Source: a virus (Duplodnaviria; Caudoviricetes). From it: DNA of 39,814 nt. The stretch covers positions 1 through 39,814 of the IMG/VR virus record IMGVR_UViG_3300023059_000275. One strand, written 5' to 3'. Shown in pieces: positions 18,603 to 28,547 of this stretch (positions are counted from its first letter, which is position 1; every line of letters starts with the position of its first letter). The translations under genes were made by a program, and so were the position numbers. The notes under the pieces were generated by a model. It was not told the DNA's origin. It made no database searches and was given only the letters and a program-made list of their open reading frames with translations.

Positions 18603-18806
18603 TTACGCCTCCAGGCGCTGGAAATCCTTGCGGGCGTCCAGATAGGCCTGCGCCTCGGCGTCGGTACCTTCAACCTCGATCCGCGCGCGGATCACTTTCA
18701 GCTCGCGGCCGCTGTCCATGAACAGCGAGCGCGAGGCATTAACCTTGTCGCAATAGGTGACCGTCGCCGGCGCACCAGGCGCAGCGGGTTCTTTCTTGAT
18801 AGCCAT
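18603..18806 (-). CDS. hypothetical phage protein (67 aa)
   Basis: Fills the gap between V and W genes; GGGGA RBS. Confidence 0.65.
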   Translation of the reverse strand: MAIKKEPAAPGAPATVTYCDKVNASRSLFMDSGRELKVIRARIEVEGTDAEAQAYLDARKDFQRLEA

Positions 18807-18821
18807 GGGTTCCCCAGGTAT

Positions 18822-18847
18822 GAAAAAGCCCGCTCAAATGGCGGGCT
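18822..18847 (-). terminator. intrinsic terminator-like hairpin after gpV
   Basis: Minus strand AGCCCGC-CATTTGA-GCGGGCTTTTTC. Confidence 0.65.
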
Positions 18848-18848
18848 G

Positions 18849-19451
18849 TCAGTGTTTGTGGTTTGCCGAGTTACCGCCGGCGTCCATGATCTTGCCGGCG
18901 CCGGCGATATCGCCCGTTACGGATAACGGCCCGACAATCTTGACGCTTCCCTCAAGGGTGATATTCGGTGCCTTGGCCATGATGCTGGTCGCCTCGGCGG
19001 TCAACGTAACCGTCTTGGCCGTGATTGCATCGTCGGTTAACGTGGCCAACGTACCACCCACCTTGACCTCGACAGTGCCCGTGGGCAGCGTGATGGTGTA
19101 GCTGTTGGCCTGCCAGTCATAGACCAGCGACCCGCCGTCATCGAACCGCCAGACCTCCACATGATCGCGGTTGTCTGGCTGGTTGCCAGCGTCGCCGTAC
19201 AGGCCCGGTATGAACGTGCCTTGCGCGGGGTCACCGCTGGGACTGACCAGCGTGCCCTGCTCGTTCAGGCTCGGCGCCCGCCAGTGGCGCGCCTTACCAG
19301 CGGCCTGGCTATGCCAGCGCACCCAGGCACTGGTCCAGCCGGCGCCGTCCGATACCCGCACCCGCGCCGTCGACAGATCCACCGCGACCACGCGGCACGC
19401 CATCACCACACAGGCCAGCATGCGATCATGCTGCGCGCTTGCGTAACTCAT
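18849..19451 (-). CDS. baseplate spike protein V
   Basis: AGKARHWRAPSLNEQ, FDDGG..YD and C-terminal HKH metal-binding tip. Confidence 0.93.
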   Translation of the reverse strand: MSYASAQHDRMLACVVMACRVVAVDLSTARVRVSDGAGWTSAWVRWHSQAAGKARHWRAPSLNEQGTLVSPSGDPAQGTFIPGLYGDAGNQPDNRDHVEVWRFDDGGSLVYDWQANSYTITLPTGTVEVKVGGTLATLTDDAITAKTVTLTAEATSIMAKAPNITLEGSVKIVGPLSVTGDIAGAGKIMDAGGNSANHKH

Positions 19452-19963
19452 GTCAGATCCTCGGGCAAGACACGTTCAGCATCAGGCCCGACCGCCAGTA
19501 CCAGACTGCCGGGCGGCTGGATTGGCCAAGGCCATTCCTCCTCGCCGAGGTAAATGATCTGGGTCCACTCGACCACCCAGACCGCAAACCCGTCCAGCTC
19601 GGGCCGTGTCCAGTCCTGTGCAGCACGAACGAATTCGGCGGGTTCAACTGCAAGGCCCCACATCTGCATGCGCAGAAGCACCGTCAGTTGAGCCGCAACG
19701 AATGCCGCAATGTGCTGGCACCCCGCCTCCTCACCACCTATGATCACGCGCGCCTCGAACCGGGCATCTACTGCAGTCTCACCTGTGCCTGGATCTTTAT
19801 CAGCGGCCTCGAACTCGACCAGTTCAAGCACCACTGCAGGAACATCAACGCAGTGAATTCTATCCGGCATGGTTCCGATGTAGGCCAAGCCGGGTATCGC
19901 TTGCTGGATGTGCTGTTCAATAGCGGCGAAAAGGCCCGCCAATGGAATCGGATCATCTTCCAC
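19448..19963 (-). CDS. putative tail completion/terminator protein
   Basis: Position in the neck region; PAVVLEL and VWVVEWTQ. Confidence 0.6.
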   Translation of the reverse strand: MEDDPIPLAGLFAAIEQHIQQAIPGLAYIGTMPDRIHCVDVPAVVLELVEFEAADKDPGTGETAVDARFEARVIIGGEEAGCQHIAAFVAAQLTVLLRMQMWGLAVEPAEFVRAAQDWTRPELDGFAVWVVEWTQIIYLGEEEWPWPIQPPGSLVLAVGPDAERVLPEDLT

Positions 19964-20615
19964 TTCCCGAACTCCTCAGATACTTCTGCAATTCGTAGTT
20001 GAGCTCCTGCTCGAGGATCCCAAGCAATCGCTGATGCGCGCGGCCAACCCAAGACTCGAAGTGCGGTCTGATGTCCTCCAATGAAATCATGGCTTTGGCC
20101 AGCGGGAAACGGCTGCCGTTTTCTGAAATCCAGCCGTGCTGCTTCCCGCCTCCTGAAACCTGGCTTTCCGGGTAATCGGCAGCGTCGAAATGCTTGCTCG
20201 CGGTACGGATCCAGATATCAGGCGCTGATCCGTAGACACGCTTGAAAAATGCACCCTGATACTTGCGCCCCGCCACAGCGACACCGGACCGGCTTTGCCG
20301 CACCCTGCCCGCTCGACTGGCCTCAATCGGATTGATACCGAACCACAAGCGTGCCTGCCCGTTGGCGTCAACTGGATAGGCTCGCAGACGCTGCCGGACG
20401 GCAGAGATCGCAATACGCTCCTGTTTGCCAACAGACCGCGCGATGTGCGTCCTCAACCAGCGAAGCGTCTTGTTCAACGCACGGCGTTGAGCTGCGCGCG
20501 CGGCCTTGGGCACGAGCGCGGCAAACTCTGTGAACACCTTTCGATCAGTATCTGCAAGCTGCAGAGTGAACAACCCGGAGTTCGCTGACTGCTTGACGTA
20601 GCTACCAACGCTCAT
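19953..20615 (-). CDS. putative minor tail protein (gpZ-like)
   Basis: Basic protein with RALNKTLRW; neck-region position. Confidence 0.6.
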   Translation of the reverse strand: MSVGSYVKQSANSGLFTLQLADTDRKVFTEFAALVPKAARAAQRRALNKTLRWLRTHIARSVGKQERIAISAVRQRLRAYPVDANGQARLWFGINPIEASRAGRVRQSRSGVAVAGRKYQGAFFKRVYGSAPDIWIRTASKHFDAADYPESQVSGGGKQHGWISENGSRFPLAKAMISLEDIRPHFESWVGRAHQRLLGILEQELNYELQKYLRSSGSGR

Positions 20616-20938
20616 CGAACCTCCCGCAAGATCAGGTTGATCCATCCGGTGCCGTCTGGCTCACGCTTGGTGATGACATAACGGCCACCCCCATCCTCTG
20701 GCGCGAGTCGACACACCAGGTGCTGGCCCTCCTTGATACCGTGCGCATGCGCGATGCGAACCGCGAACACTGGTTCACGCAGGCCCGTGTTGATGCGGCC
20801 GAGCTTGGGCTGCAGCCAGGGTGCCGAGAAGAAGCCCGGCACAGGCTCAACCATTCCCTCTATCTCGGCCTCATCCCCCAGAGCGTCTAACAGAGCGCCA
20901 TCCATGAATGCCGTCTGCTCACGGAAATCCATGGTCAA
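20612..20938 (-). CDS. head-tail joining protein
   Basis: Size, position and REPDGTGWINLIL C-terminus. Confidence 0.6.
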   Translation of the reverse strand: MTMDFREQTAFMDGALLDALGDEAEIEGMVEPVPGFFSAPWLQPKLGRINTGLREPVFAVRIAHAHGIKEGQHLVCRLAPEDGGGRYVITKREPDGTGWINLILREVR

Positions 20939-21117
20939 TCACCGTCGTCAGAATCGTCCTTCGACGGGAGCTGGCCGCGCCGGGCGATCTTGTCTTCTTC
21001 TACAAGCAGCTTGATCAGCTCTTTGTCGGAGGACTCGAACACTTCCCCTTTCTTGATGACCTTGGCCCCATCCTGAATGCAGCCATCAAGCACCACGTAT
21101 TCGGTCTTGGTCGCCAT
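20935..21117 (-). CDS. small hypothetical protein after capsid
   Basis: 60 aa ORF tightly packed between the capsid and joining genes. Confidence 0.65.
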   Translation of the reverse strand: MATKTEYVVLDGCIQDGAKVIKKGEVFESSDKELIKLLVEEDKIARRGQLPSKDDSDDGD

Positions 21118-21118
21118 G

Positions 21119-22150
21119 TCACACCACCTTCGCGAACAGGAAAGCGTTCGGTTCGAGCAACCCGGCCAGCGGTGCCGACTGCAGTTTCAGCCAGCGCATG
21201 CTCGGCTCTTTAGTTACCCAGCTTTTCGGGAAGCGAGCCGCCTCGACCAGACCGCTCTCAATGGCTTCCATGTCTTGAATGGCCGCGTACAGCATGGCGT
21301 TCCGAGTCGAGGTCGAGCCGAGAATCAGGCCGCCTTCGGGAATCACTGGCTGGTCTTCACCCTCGTCGTCCGCATACCACTCGTCGTAGGCATAGAGGTC
21401 TACGCCAGGATCATTCAGGTAGCCGATGTAGGTCACGCCATCCGGCAGTTCTTCAGGCTTGATGAGGCCCATGTCGACCCGACGGCTGTTCAGTTGCTCG
21501 AGCACCTTCTTATTGCTTTGGAACGCATCCTGCGCGCCGCTGCTCAGCACCGCGACGTTGGCCGAGCGGCCAGAATCCTTGGCGATCAAACGCCGCCACT
21601 GACGCAGGTTGCCAATAGGGTCCGATGCGTCAGTATTCCAACGACCGCTGGCCAGCGTGACCTTGTGAGTGTCTTCCATGAGGAAGTCGATGATGTCGTC
21701 CACGCCCTCGCCCACCACACGGATCTTGCCGGTGGTCAGCGCCTGGGCGCACATCCATTCTTCGCGGCGGATGATTTCTTCGTCCAGTTCCAACAAGTCA
21801 CGGCCAAGCCGCTCACCCGCGCGCTCGAGCGCAGTGCGCGTGGAGAACGGGTTATCGCCAGCCGAGCGCTTCAGGATCAGCTCCGCGCGCGTCGCGCGCT
21901 TCGGCTGGATGTACGGCGGTTTGTAGGTCGAGGACGTGAAGCCCTTACGCGCCGAGACACTACCGGGCAGCGTCGGATGAACGAACGGCGCCATCTTGCG
22001 CTGGCCTTTGATGATGTCGATGGTCACCGTCTCGGTGCCAAACGTTTCAGGCATGCCACCGTTGAAAAACGTATTGAGCAGGAAGCGGCGAGGCGCGCTC
22101 ATCTGCTCGACCGCTTCCAGCATGGTCAGGGTGTCGAAAATATCGGTCAT
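21119..22150 (-). CDS. major capsid protein (lambda gpE family)
   Basis: RKMAPFVHP, REEWMCAQAL.TG and LQSAPL motifs. Confidence 0.93.
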   Translation of the reverse strand: MTDIFDTLTMLEAVEQMSAPRRFLLNTFFNGGMPETFGTETVTIDIIKGQRKMAPFVHPTLPGSVSARKGFTSSTYKPPYIQPKRATRAELILKRSAGDNPFSTRTALERAGERLGRDLLELDEEIIRREEWMCAQALTTGKIRVVGEGVDDIIDFLMEDTHKVTLASGRWNTDASDPIGNLRQWRRLIAKDSGRSANVAVLSSGAQDAFQSNKKVLEQLNSRRVDMGLIKPEELPDGVTYIGYLNDPGVDLYAYDEWYADDEGEDQPVIPEGGLILGSTSTRNAMLYAAIQDMEAIESGLVEAARFPKSWVTKEPSMRWLKLQSAPLAGLLEPNAFLFAKVV

Positions 22151-22160
22151 GGGGGCTCCG

Positions 22161-22511
22161 TTAACGAATGAAGAGGCAGAGAGGTCGCAAAGCGGCCTTG
22201 GCGGCAGGCAGGGTCAGACCCTCGCCGAGTGTGAGTTGGTTGCCGAGCACCTGGCCGGTGAGCCGAATCGGCGCGGTCTTGGCGCCATCAGTGGTGTCGA
22301 CGTCCTGCTCGAGGATGGCAGTGGGCGCCTTCGAGCCGTCTTGCGCGGCGGTCTTGCACAGCACGTACTCTCGGCTGTCGGTGACCTGCCCCAAGACAGC
22401 ACCGCGCTTGAGCACCTGTCCAGCAGCGACTACGCCGCTATCGATGACGATGGGAAAATCCCCTGCTGACAACTGGGTCGGCAGGTAGGTCTTGCGTTCA
22501 GGGTTGGCCAT
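22161..22511 (-). CDS. head decoration protein (gpD-like)
   Basis: LKRGAVLG..DGSKAPTAIL; immediately precedes the capsid gene. Confidence 0.85.
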   Translation of the reverse strand: MANPERKTYLPTQLSAGDFPIVIDSGVVAAGQVLKRGAVLGQVTDSREYVLCKTAAQDGSKAPTAILEQDVDTTDGAKTAPIRLTGQVLGNQLTLGEGLTLPAAKAALRPLCLFIR

Positions 22512-22523
22512 GTCGGGCTCCTA

Positions 22524-22913
22524 TCAACGGCGCGAGGCGCCTGCAACGATTGCGCTGACGGCGGCTTTGCGCTCGCCTTCCTTGCCGCCTGCGGGCGGGG
22601 TGGTACTGCTAACGCCCTGGGCATCGGTCTTGATGCCCGAGAGGGAAATTCCGCGATCCTGAGCAGCCTTGAACATCACCATGGCGGTAGCCTCCACGCT
22701 GCTACCGTCTTCGATGGCCGCCTCGACTTCCTTCTCGAAGCCCTTACTGCCCAGCGCGTTGATCCCCTTGATGCGCTCACGCTCGGCGGTCGCGGCCTCG
22801 GTACGGATTGCCGAAAGGTCTGGCTGATCCGCCTGGGCGATTTCGATAGTGGCCGGGTCGGTACCCGCTGCGAGCGCGGTGCGCAGATCTGCCGTGGTCT
22901 TAACAGTGGTCAT
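22524..22913 (-). CDS. nested in-frame scaffold protein (Nu3-like)
   Basis: Internal AAGGA-N8-ATG (MTTVKTT) followed by an AERERIKGI coiled coil. Confidence 0.65.
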   Translation of the reverse strand: MTTVKTTADLRTALAAGTDPATIEIAQADQPDLSAIRTEAATAERERIKGINALGSKGFEKEVEAAIEDGSSVEATAMVMFKAAQDRGISLSGIKTDAQGVSSTTPPAGGKEGERKAAVSAIVAGASRR

Positions 22914-23744
22914 GGTGTTGGTCCTTAGTGAGTTAAAGGCCGGTTTGGCCAGTTCGGAAATCAGCGACTCCAGCGCCCCCACCCGATGGGCCAGGCCGTG
23001 CTTGACGGCATCAGCACCAACGCGGATACCGCCGTGGTCGCCCATCTCGGGGACTTTGTCTGCCGCCACATTGAGGTTGCGGGCCACTTTGCCCACGAAC
23101 ACCTCGCCTAACGCGTCGATGGTTTCGCCGAGCTTGGCGCGGCCTTCTTCGGTGCCGAGATCAGGGCGCTTATTGGGAGCGTTACGGCTGACGATCTGGT
23201 ACCGGGTACGACCGCTGGCCTTCTCGTCATCGATGACGGCTTCCACGACCACGCCAATGCTGCCGGCGAGGCTCGCTTCGTCGATGATGATTTCGTGAGC
23301 CGCCGAGGCGATCCAGTACGCCGCGCTTGCGCCGATTCCGCCGATGTACGCGACGATGCGTTTGCGCGAACGGCCCTGATAGATCAGCTCGGCCAACTCG
23401 TTGATGCCCGACGCAACGCCGCCTGGGCTGTCGATGTTGAGCACAATTGACTTGACCTTGGGGTCGTCAAGCGCGCGCTGGATATCACTGCCCAGCACCT
23501 GAGTGCTGGTTGCCCCACTGATCTCGGTGAAGAGGTTGGCGTAACGGAAAATGGGACCGATAACCGGCACCACAGCCACGTTGCCGCGTAACGTGACCTT
23601 GCGGGTTTCTTCCAGCCGCTCGCCGCGCTTGGTGGCCAGCGCGAGTGGATCACCCATGCGGTCCGAGATGGTCAGCAGGTTGTCCAGGGCGTCAGGCAAC
23701 ATCAGCCAGGGCTGCGAGGCAGCCAGCTCAAGTGCTCTTGGCAT
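22524..23744 (-). CDS. S49 family prohead protease (lambda gpC-like)
   Basis: LNIDSPGG, ASAAYWIASAA and GSIGV motifs. Confidence 0.92.
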   Translation of the reverse strand: MPRALELAASQPWLMLPDALDNLLTISDRMGDPLALATKRGERLEETRKVTLRGNVAVVPVIGPIFRYANLFTEISGATSTQVLGSDIQRALDDPKVKSIVLNIDSPGGVASGINELAELIYQGRSRKRIVAYIGGIGASAAYWIASAAHEIIIDEASLAGSIGVVVEAVIDDEKASGRTRYQIVSRNAPNKRPDLGTEEGRAKLGETIDALGEVFVGKVARNLNVAADKVPEMGDHGGIRVGADAVKHGLAHRVGALESLISELAKPAFNSLRTNTMTTVKTTADLRTALAAGTDPATIEIAQADQPDLSAIRTEAATAERERIKGINALGSKGFEKEVEAAIEDGSSVEATAMVMFKAAQDRGISLSGIKTDAQGVSSTTPPAGGKEGERKAAVSAIVAGASRR

Positions 23745-23746
23745 GA

Positions 23747-25354
23747 TCAATTCTCTTTGGGTTCGGGTTCAGGCGGGTCTTCCAGACCGCCTTTGGGCAG
23801 CGCCTGGATGTTGTGCTCGCGCCGGTAGCTGACTTCGCGGGTCCGTTGCCGGATCACCTGCTGCCAGGGCTCGCCGGTCATTGCGGCGGTCTCCAGCGTT
23901 TCGTTACTGACGCCGATCTCGATGCGCTTGCCTGCCGCGTTGGCTTCCTTGAGTTCATCGATGGCCCCGCGTGCCGGGCCAATCCAGATGGCTTGGCAAT
24001 AGGCTTTGCGCTTGGCAGTGTCGCCGTAGCCGGGCAGATCGATCAGCCCACGGGCTACGGCCTCATCGATGATCAGCTCGCGACTCGGCTGACAGAAATC
24101 ACACGCCAGCCACCAGCGGCGCAGGCTGTAGAATCGCCATGCCTGCAGCATGGCCGCGCGCGCTGCGCTGTAGCTGCTGCTGTAGTGCAACAGCAGCTCT
24201 TCCATTGGCAGCTCAAGCGCCGCGCCGATCTCCTTCACCACCGCAGTGAAGAACGGATCGAACTGCGCATTAGGCCGGCTGGGGTTGGCCACCATCGGCT
24301 CTTCGCCCACGCCGAGGTCCACGATGGCACCCTCGCCCAACGCCAGCTCGCCGTCCGACGTGTCGTCACCGCCAGGCTGCTCTTCAGCCAAGGCCGACAT
24401 CGGTAGGTTGCCCGGCTGGAAGTTGTCACCTTTCTTGATGAATACGGTGAACATCGCCGAGATCACAGCGGCCATCAGCTCGGCGCTGCTGTAGCGCTCC
24501 AGCTTCTGCAACGGCTCCAGTACAGGCGACAGGTAGGGTGCGCCTCGCTTCTGGCCGGGCCGCTCTTTGTCCGACATGACATGAAGCACTCGCCGCCGGC
24601 CTGTTGCCCCCCCGAACACTTGCAGACGCTCCCAACGCAAGGGATTGCCTGCAAGATGCTCACCGGGATAGCCGGTGCAAACGTGATATGCCACAGGCGA
24701 GCCCAGTCCATCGAACTCGATTCCCTCGACCATATCCGTTCGGTCCATGCCGTTGTTGGGGTTGCCAACCCGGTCGGACTCAATCAATTGCAAGCGCGTG
24801 CTGAACAGGCAGCCGGCTCGCTCCTGATCGGGGCTGGCCACGAACACGTCGCCTGCCACCATCGAGGACACCAGCACCAGGGCCTGCAGCTGATAGTGGT
24901 TGAGTGTGGCTTCTGCATCGCACTCGCGCGGGTCGTCGGCATACAGCGACCAGAGCCGGTCGAGCTTGCCGTTGAGCTGCTCTGCCTGCTCTTCGGTGAT
25001 GCCCAGCGCCTCATGGTCAACCTGCGCGCGGCAGACAAGTCCGGTACCCACCACGTTGGTCCGTAGTCGGGTGATCGCGGCGCGAGCCACCAGGTGGTTG
25101 CGCATCGCATCGCGCGAGCGTGCGACCAACATGCGCCGCTCGCTCTGATTGAAGTCACGTCGAGGGCTGCCCAAACCAGGTATCCAGCTTGCCACGCTGC
25201 GTAGTACCCGCGAGGCTCCACGCCAGCGGGTTTCGACACCGCCACCACCACCTTGAGCAACGATCTGCTGACCTTCGACCGAAGCCCTAGCCACCCGGAT
25301 CGCCTCCCCCATCAGCTGCTCGGCAGCGGAGTCTCGTTTACGAAATGGCCACAT
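23747..25354 (-). CDS. portal protein (lambda family)
   Basis: RSRDAMRN, NVVGTG, RPGQKRGAP and SSYSAARAA motifs. Confidence 0.93.
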   Translation of the reverse strand: MWPFRKRDSAAEQLMGEAIRVARASVEGQQIVAQGGGGGVETRWRGASRVLRSVASWIPGLGSPRRDFNQSERRMLVARSRDAMRNHLVARAAITRLRTNVVGTGLVCRAQVDHEALGITEEQAEQLNGKLDRLWSLYADDPRECDAEATLNHYQLQALVLVSSMVAGDVFVASPDQERAGCLFSTRLQLIESDRVGNPNNGMDRTDMVEGIEFDGLGSPVAYHVCTGYPGEHLAGNPLRWERLQVFGGATGRRRVLHVMSDKERPGQKRGAPYLSPVLEPLQKLERYSSAELMAAVISAMFTVFIKKGDNFQPGNLPMSALAEEQPGGDDTSDGELALGEGAIVDLGVGEEPMVANPSRPNAQFDPFFTAVVKEIGAALELPMEELLLHYSSSYSAARAAMLQAWRFYSLRRWWLACDFCQPSRELIIDEAVARGLIDLPGYGDTAKRKAYCQAIWIGPARGAIDELKEANAAGKRIEIGVSNETLETAAMTGEPWQQVIRQRTREVSYRREHNIQALPKGGLEDPPEPEPKEN

Positions 25355-25356
25355 GT

Positions 25357-25572
25357 CTAAATTCCCACGTATGAGATGCGGCTGCGTCCACGCCGGGCCC
25401 GCGCGGCCTGCTCCAGAGAAACCTGATCGGCGTACTGCTTTTCCAGCAACCGCAGGCTGTTGAGTTCGGCCAACTGGATCTCCCGGTCGGCACGGCGCAG
25501 CCGCTGGCCATTCTTCAGGACGGCCGATATCGCCACCCTGACTTCCGCCAGGCGTTGTTCTGCTTCTGTCAT
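25357..25572 (-). CDS. head completion protein (gpW-like)
   Basis: 71 aa ORF between terminase and portal. Confidence 0.7.
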   Translation of the reverse strand: MTEAEQRLAEVRVAISAVLKNGQRLRRADREIQLAELNSLRLLEKQYADQVSLEQAARARRGRSRISYVGI

Positions 25573-25584
25573 GGTGAACCTCGA

Positions 25585-27546
25585 TTAGCTGACGCGGCTC
25601 CGAGTACCACGCCCGCGAGTAACTGCGCGGCGGGGCACCGGCGCTACCGCCTGCTCTGTGTTGAAGAGGGTGGGCTGAAGCTGTTGCTGCTCCAGCTGGT
25701 CCCACTCGTGATCGCGCAGCAGATGCGTCTTGAGGCTCCGAGCCGCGTGCAAGGCATACACCTCGCAGTCCAGCGCCTCGTTTCGGCGCCCGGCCTTTTT
25801 CTGCCAGACCATCTTGCTTGGCTGTCGGGGGTGCGGCGCAAGAACCTCGTTGGTCACCTGCTCGTAGTAGTCAGCACGGATCTCGCTGTACCAATGCATG
25901 CGGCCAGGACCGCTGCCCGAGAGCCGCATGCGGCCATCAATCAGCGTCTTGGCCTTGTGGGTGCCGACGATGTAGACGCGCAGGCCGTACTTGGCAGCCT
26001 TGGTGTTGTCTTGGCTGGTGTCCGCCGACTGGGCCGGCTTGGTGAAGATCTCCCGATCTCGGCTGTCGATAGATGCGCCCTTGATCGCCATGATGTTGAA
26101 GCGCTGGCGGTCCCGTACGTAGGTGTAGACCGCATCGCTGGTGTTGCCGTCAGAGCTGTCAATACTGACCGCTGAAACGGCGAGCTGAGCGCCGCCCTCG
26201 GTAGTGATTGGGGTGGCCACGATCTTGTCTAGTTCGGTCCACACTGGGTCGTGGGGATCAATCGGGTTGCCTTCCAGCTCGCCCCAGTACAACCGCCAGG
26301 ATTCCTCACCCCTACCCCAGCCGACGATAACCAGGGCAAGTCGGTCGCCCTGCACGTCCACGCCGACCGTCACCAATAACACGCCCTTTGGCGCTGTCAG
26401 TTCGGCATAAGGCTCGGCGCGCTTCTCCAGCTCATCCGTCTTGGGTGCATTGCTTTTGTACTCGTAGCACTCCCCCATCTGACTGTTTGTGAACGCGATC
26501 ATCGGCCCGTGGTTGCCGTTCGATGCCGCGTGCTCAGCTTGGAGCTTCTTCTCCATCAGCACTTCAAAGCGGGAGCCATGAAACGTGGCATACAGCTCAT
26601 TCAGGATGTAACCCGCGATACCCCGGAACTCAGCAGTAGCTTCCCAGCGGCCGTGCTGAAGGTTGGCGTTCTTCTGGTGATCGTCCCAGATCTCGCCACA
26701 ATGAGGGCACGCGTAGTAAGCCGTTTCAGGCCGACGCTTACCGTACACCTCGTGAAAATAGCTGACATCCTCGTCGCAATGCAGATGCTCGAAGCTCAGT
26801 GCATGCGACTGGCCGCACCCATGGCATGGAACGAGGCCGATACGCTTGTCCGACAGTTCCAGCTCAGCGTCAATCGCCGAGAGCCCCTTGATTGTGGGGG
26901 TACCACCGATGATGATCTTGGACCGCCGAAACGTTTTGAGGCGTTCTTTGGCCAGCTTGATACTGTCCCCCTGCCCCCGCAGGTTCAGGTTGCAGTCGTC
27001 CGGTTCCTCTACTGCGACCCGTGGCACCGGCGTGGACTTCACGCTGGATGGACTGTTCGAGCCGACCATCTTCAGGAATCCGCCGGGGAACCTCTTGAAG
27101 TCTTGGCGCTGTTGCAGCTTGCGGCTACGTAGATCGACCTTGTTACGCAAGCGCTTGGTCGCCGCGATCATCGGCTCCAACTTCTCGGCTACATACTGCT
27201 TCGCAGCCTCGGCCTTGGGAAACAGAATCAAGATCGGGGACGGGTCAAGATCGATCCACTTACCGATGGCATTACCCATCACACCTGAAGTCCAGGCGAC
27301 CTGGGCAGACTTGCGCCCAACGATCTCAAACACATTCGGATCGTCCAAAGCTTCGAGTGGGCCACCTGGCCAGATCAGGTGAGGCGTTACATCGAAGCGA
27401 TACTTTCCAGGCTTGCCCGCCTCTTCGGTTGAGAGGTAGCGGTACTTGGCAGCCCACTCGATGATGCTCATCCGTGGTGGTGGCGCCCATTTTTTACACG
27501 CCCGGCTGATGCCCTTAGTCGCCGTCTTCTTCAGAGCCCTCCTCAT
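25585..27546 (-). CDS. terminase large subunit (GpA family)
   Basis: KSAQVAWT Walker A variant, VAVEEPD, GGTPTIKG, Cys zinc motifs, GVDVQ, NEALDCEVYA. Start is uncertain (ORF is open to 27594). Confidence 0.95.
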   Translation of the reverse strand: MRRALKKTATKGISRACKKWAPPPRMSIIEWAAKYRYLSTEEAGKPGKYRFDVTPHLIWPGGPLEALDDPNVFEIVGRKSAQVAWTSGVMGNAIGKWIDLDPSPILILFPKAEAAKQYVAEKLEPMIAATKRLRNKVDLRSRKLQQRQDFKRFPGGFLKMVGSNSPSSVKSTPVPRVAVEEPDDCNLNLRGQGDSIKLAKERLKTFRRSKIIIGGTPTIKGLSAIDAELELSDKRIGLVPCHGCGQSHALSFEHLHCDEDVSYFHEVYGKRRPETAYYACPHCGEIWDDHQKNANLQHGRWEATAEFRGIAGYILNELYATFHGSRFEVLMEKKLQAEHAASNGNHGPMIAFTNSQMGECYEYKSNAPKTDELEKRAEPYAELTAPKGVLLVTVGVDVQGDRLALVIVGWGRGEESWRLYWGELEGNPIDPHDPVWTELDKIVATPITTEGGAQLAVSAVSIDSSDGNTSDAVYTYVRDRQRFNIMAIKGASIDSRDREIFTKPAQSADTSQDNTKAAKYGLRVYIVGTHKAKTLIDGRMRLSGSGPGRMHWYSEIRADYYEQVTNEVLAPHPRQPSKMVWQKKAGRRNEALDCEVYALHAARSLKTHLLRDHEWDQLEQQQLQPTLFNTEQAVAPVPRRAVTRGRGTRSRVS

Positions 27547-28039
27547 CGTCCGGCTCGTCAGGATCCCATTCGGGATCATCGTCATCCTCGTCATACGCGG
27601 ACAACCTCCTGAGTATTTGTTCGATGGGCTCGCGGATCAGTTGGTCGTCGATTGCTACGCCGTACTGGGCGGACAACGTTGATGCCAGGTCATCAGGCAG
27701 AGTGTTGAGCAGTTCGATCTTAGCGGCGGTGATGACTGCCTCGAAGCGGGAAACCATCTCTGCCTCGATCACGACTTCGCCCAAGTCTTTAGCTAGCGCC
27801 AATTCCTCGCGGTCACCGCGAAGCCTGTCTAGTCGGTCCCGAGTACTCTCTTTCTTGCCGTTCAACGCAGCCTGGCGCATCAGCCACTCGATCACCGCCT
27901 GGGTGTCGTATTGGTTTTCGTTGCCGCGCCCCACGCCGAACTCAATTACCGGCATTCCGTCTTTCTGCCAGCGGCTGAGGGTGCGCTCATCTCGACCGAC
28001 GATCTCACCAAGTTCGGCCTTGCTGACTGTCCTTCCCAT
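27515..28039 (-). CDS. terminase small subunit (Nu1-like)
   Basis: wHTH motif SKAELGEIVGRDERTLSRWQKDGMP; AAGGA RBS. Confidence 0.9.
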   Translation of the reverse strand: MGRTVSKAELGEIVGRDERTLSRWQKDGMPVIEFGVGRGNENQYDTQAVIEWLMRQAALNGKKESTRDRLDRLRGDREELALAKDLGEVVIEAEMVSRFEAVITAAKIELLNTLPDDLASTLSAQYGVAIDDQLIREPIEQILRRLSAYDEDDDDPEWDPDEPDDEEGSEEDGD

Positions 28040-28093
28040 TGCTAAGTCCTTGAAAAGACGGACATCCCTGCGCACACCTCAGCTGCAGAGAAA

Positions 28094-28140
28094 CCGCGAG
28101 TCTGCGTACCCGTGTAGGGGGCCCCCCCGAGGGAGGACCC
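28094..28140 (-). other. lambda-like cos site (cosQ + cosN)
   Basis: Minus strand GGGTCCT-N18-ACACG-GGTACGCAGACT-CGCGG parallels lambda GGGTCCT-N18-TTACG-GGGCGGCGACCT-CGCGG; directly upstream of terS. Confidence 0.8.
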
Positions 28141-28177
28141 AAAAATCGGCAGATGCCGACGCCCCCACCCGCCGGGG

Positions 28178-28519
28178 TCACTGCCCTGCCTCGGCCGGCG
28201 GCACCTGCCCGAGGCCCAGCCGCTTGGCAGCCCAGCGTTCGTAGAGATTGATCGCCACGTCCGCGCCGGCCATCGCGGTCAAGCAACCCACCGCCGCTGC
28301 CGCCCATACCGAAACACCGAGGGCATACAGCAGCATGTTGGTCGCCACCCCGCAAGTCACACAGGCACCCGACCTCAGCACCAGGCGCCGGATCAAACTC
28401 CAACCGCTGACCCCGGCCTTGTCGGCCCGCCACATCTCGCCCGATACACCGCCGACCAGAGACAGAACGATCACCATCCAGATCGGTATCTCGGCTAACG
28501 CTTGTTGCTCGCTGTTCAT
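28178..28519 (-). CDS. phage holin
   Basis: 113 aa with 2-3 TM segments (IVLSLVGGVSGEMWRAD); first late gene, as in Pseudomonas pyocin-type clusters. Confidence 0.8.
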   Translation of the reverse strand: MNSEQQALAEIPIWMVIVLSLVGGVSGEMWRADKAGVSGWSLIRRLVLRSGACVTCGVATNMLLYALGVSVWAAAAVGCLTAMAGADVAINLYERWAAKRLGLGQVPPAEAGQ

Positions 28520-28547
28520 GTAAGCCTCGTTGGCAAAGCACGGCGCC

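Noticed and set aside
25355-25705. N-terminal extension of the portal ORF
   Set aside because: Overlaps gpW and terL; the real start is most likely ATG 25354.
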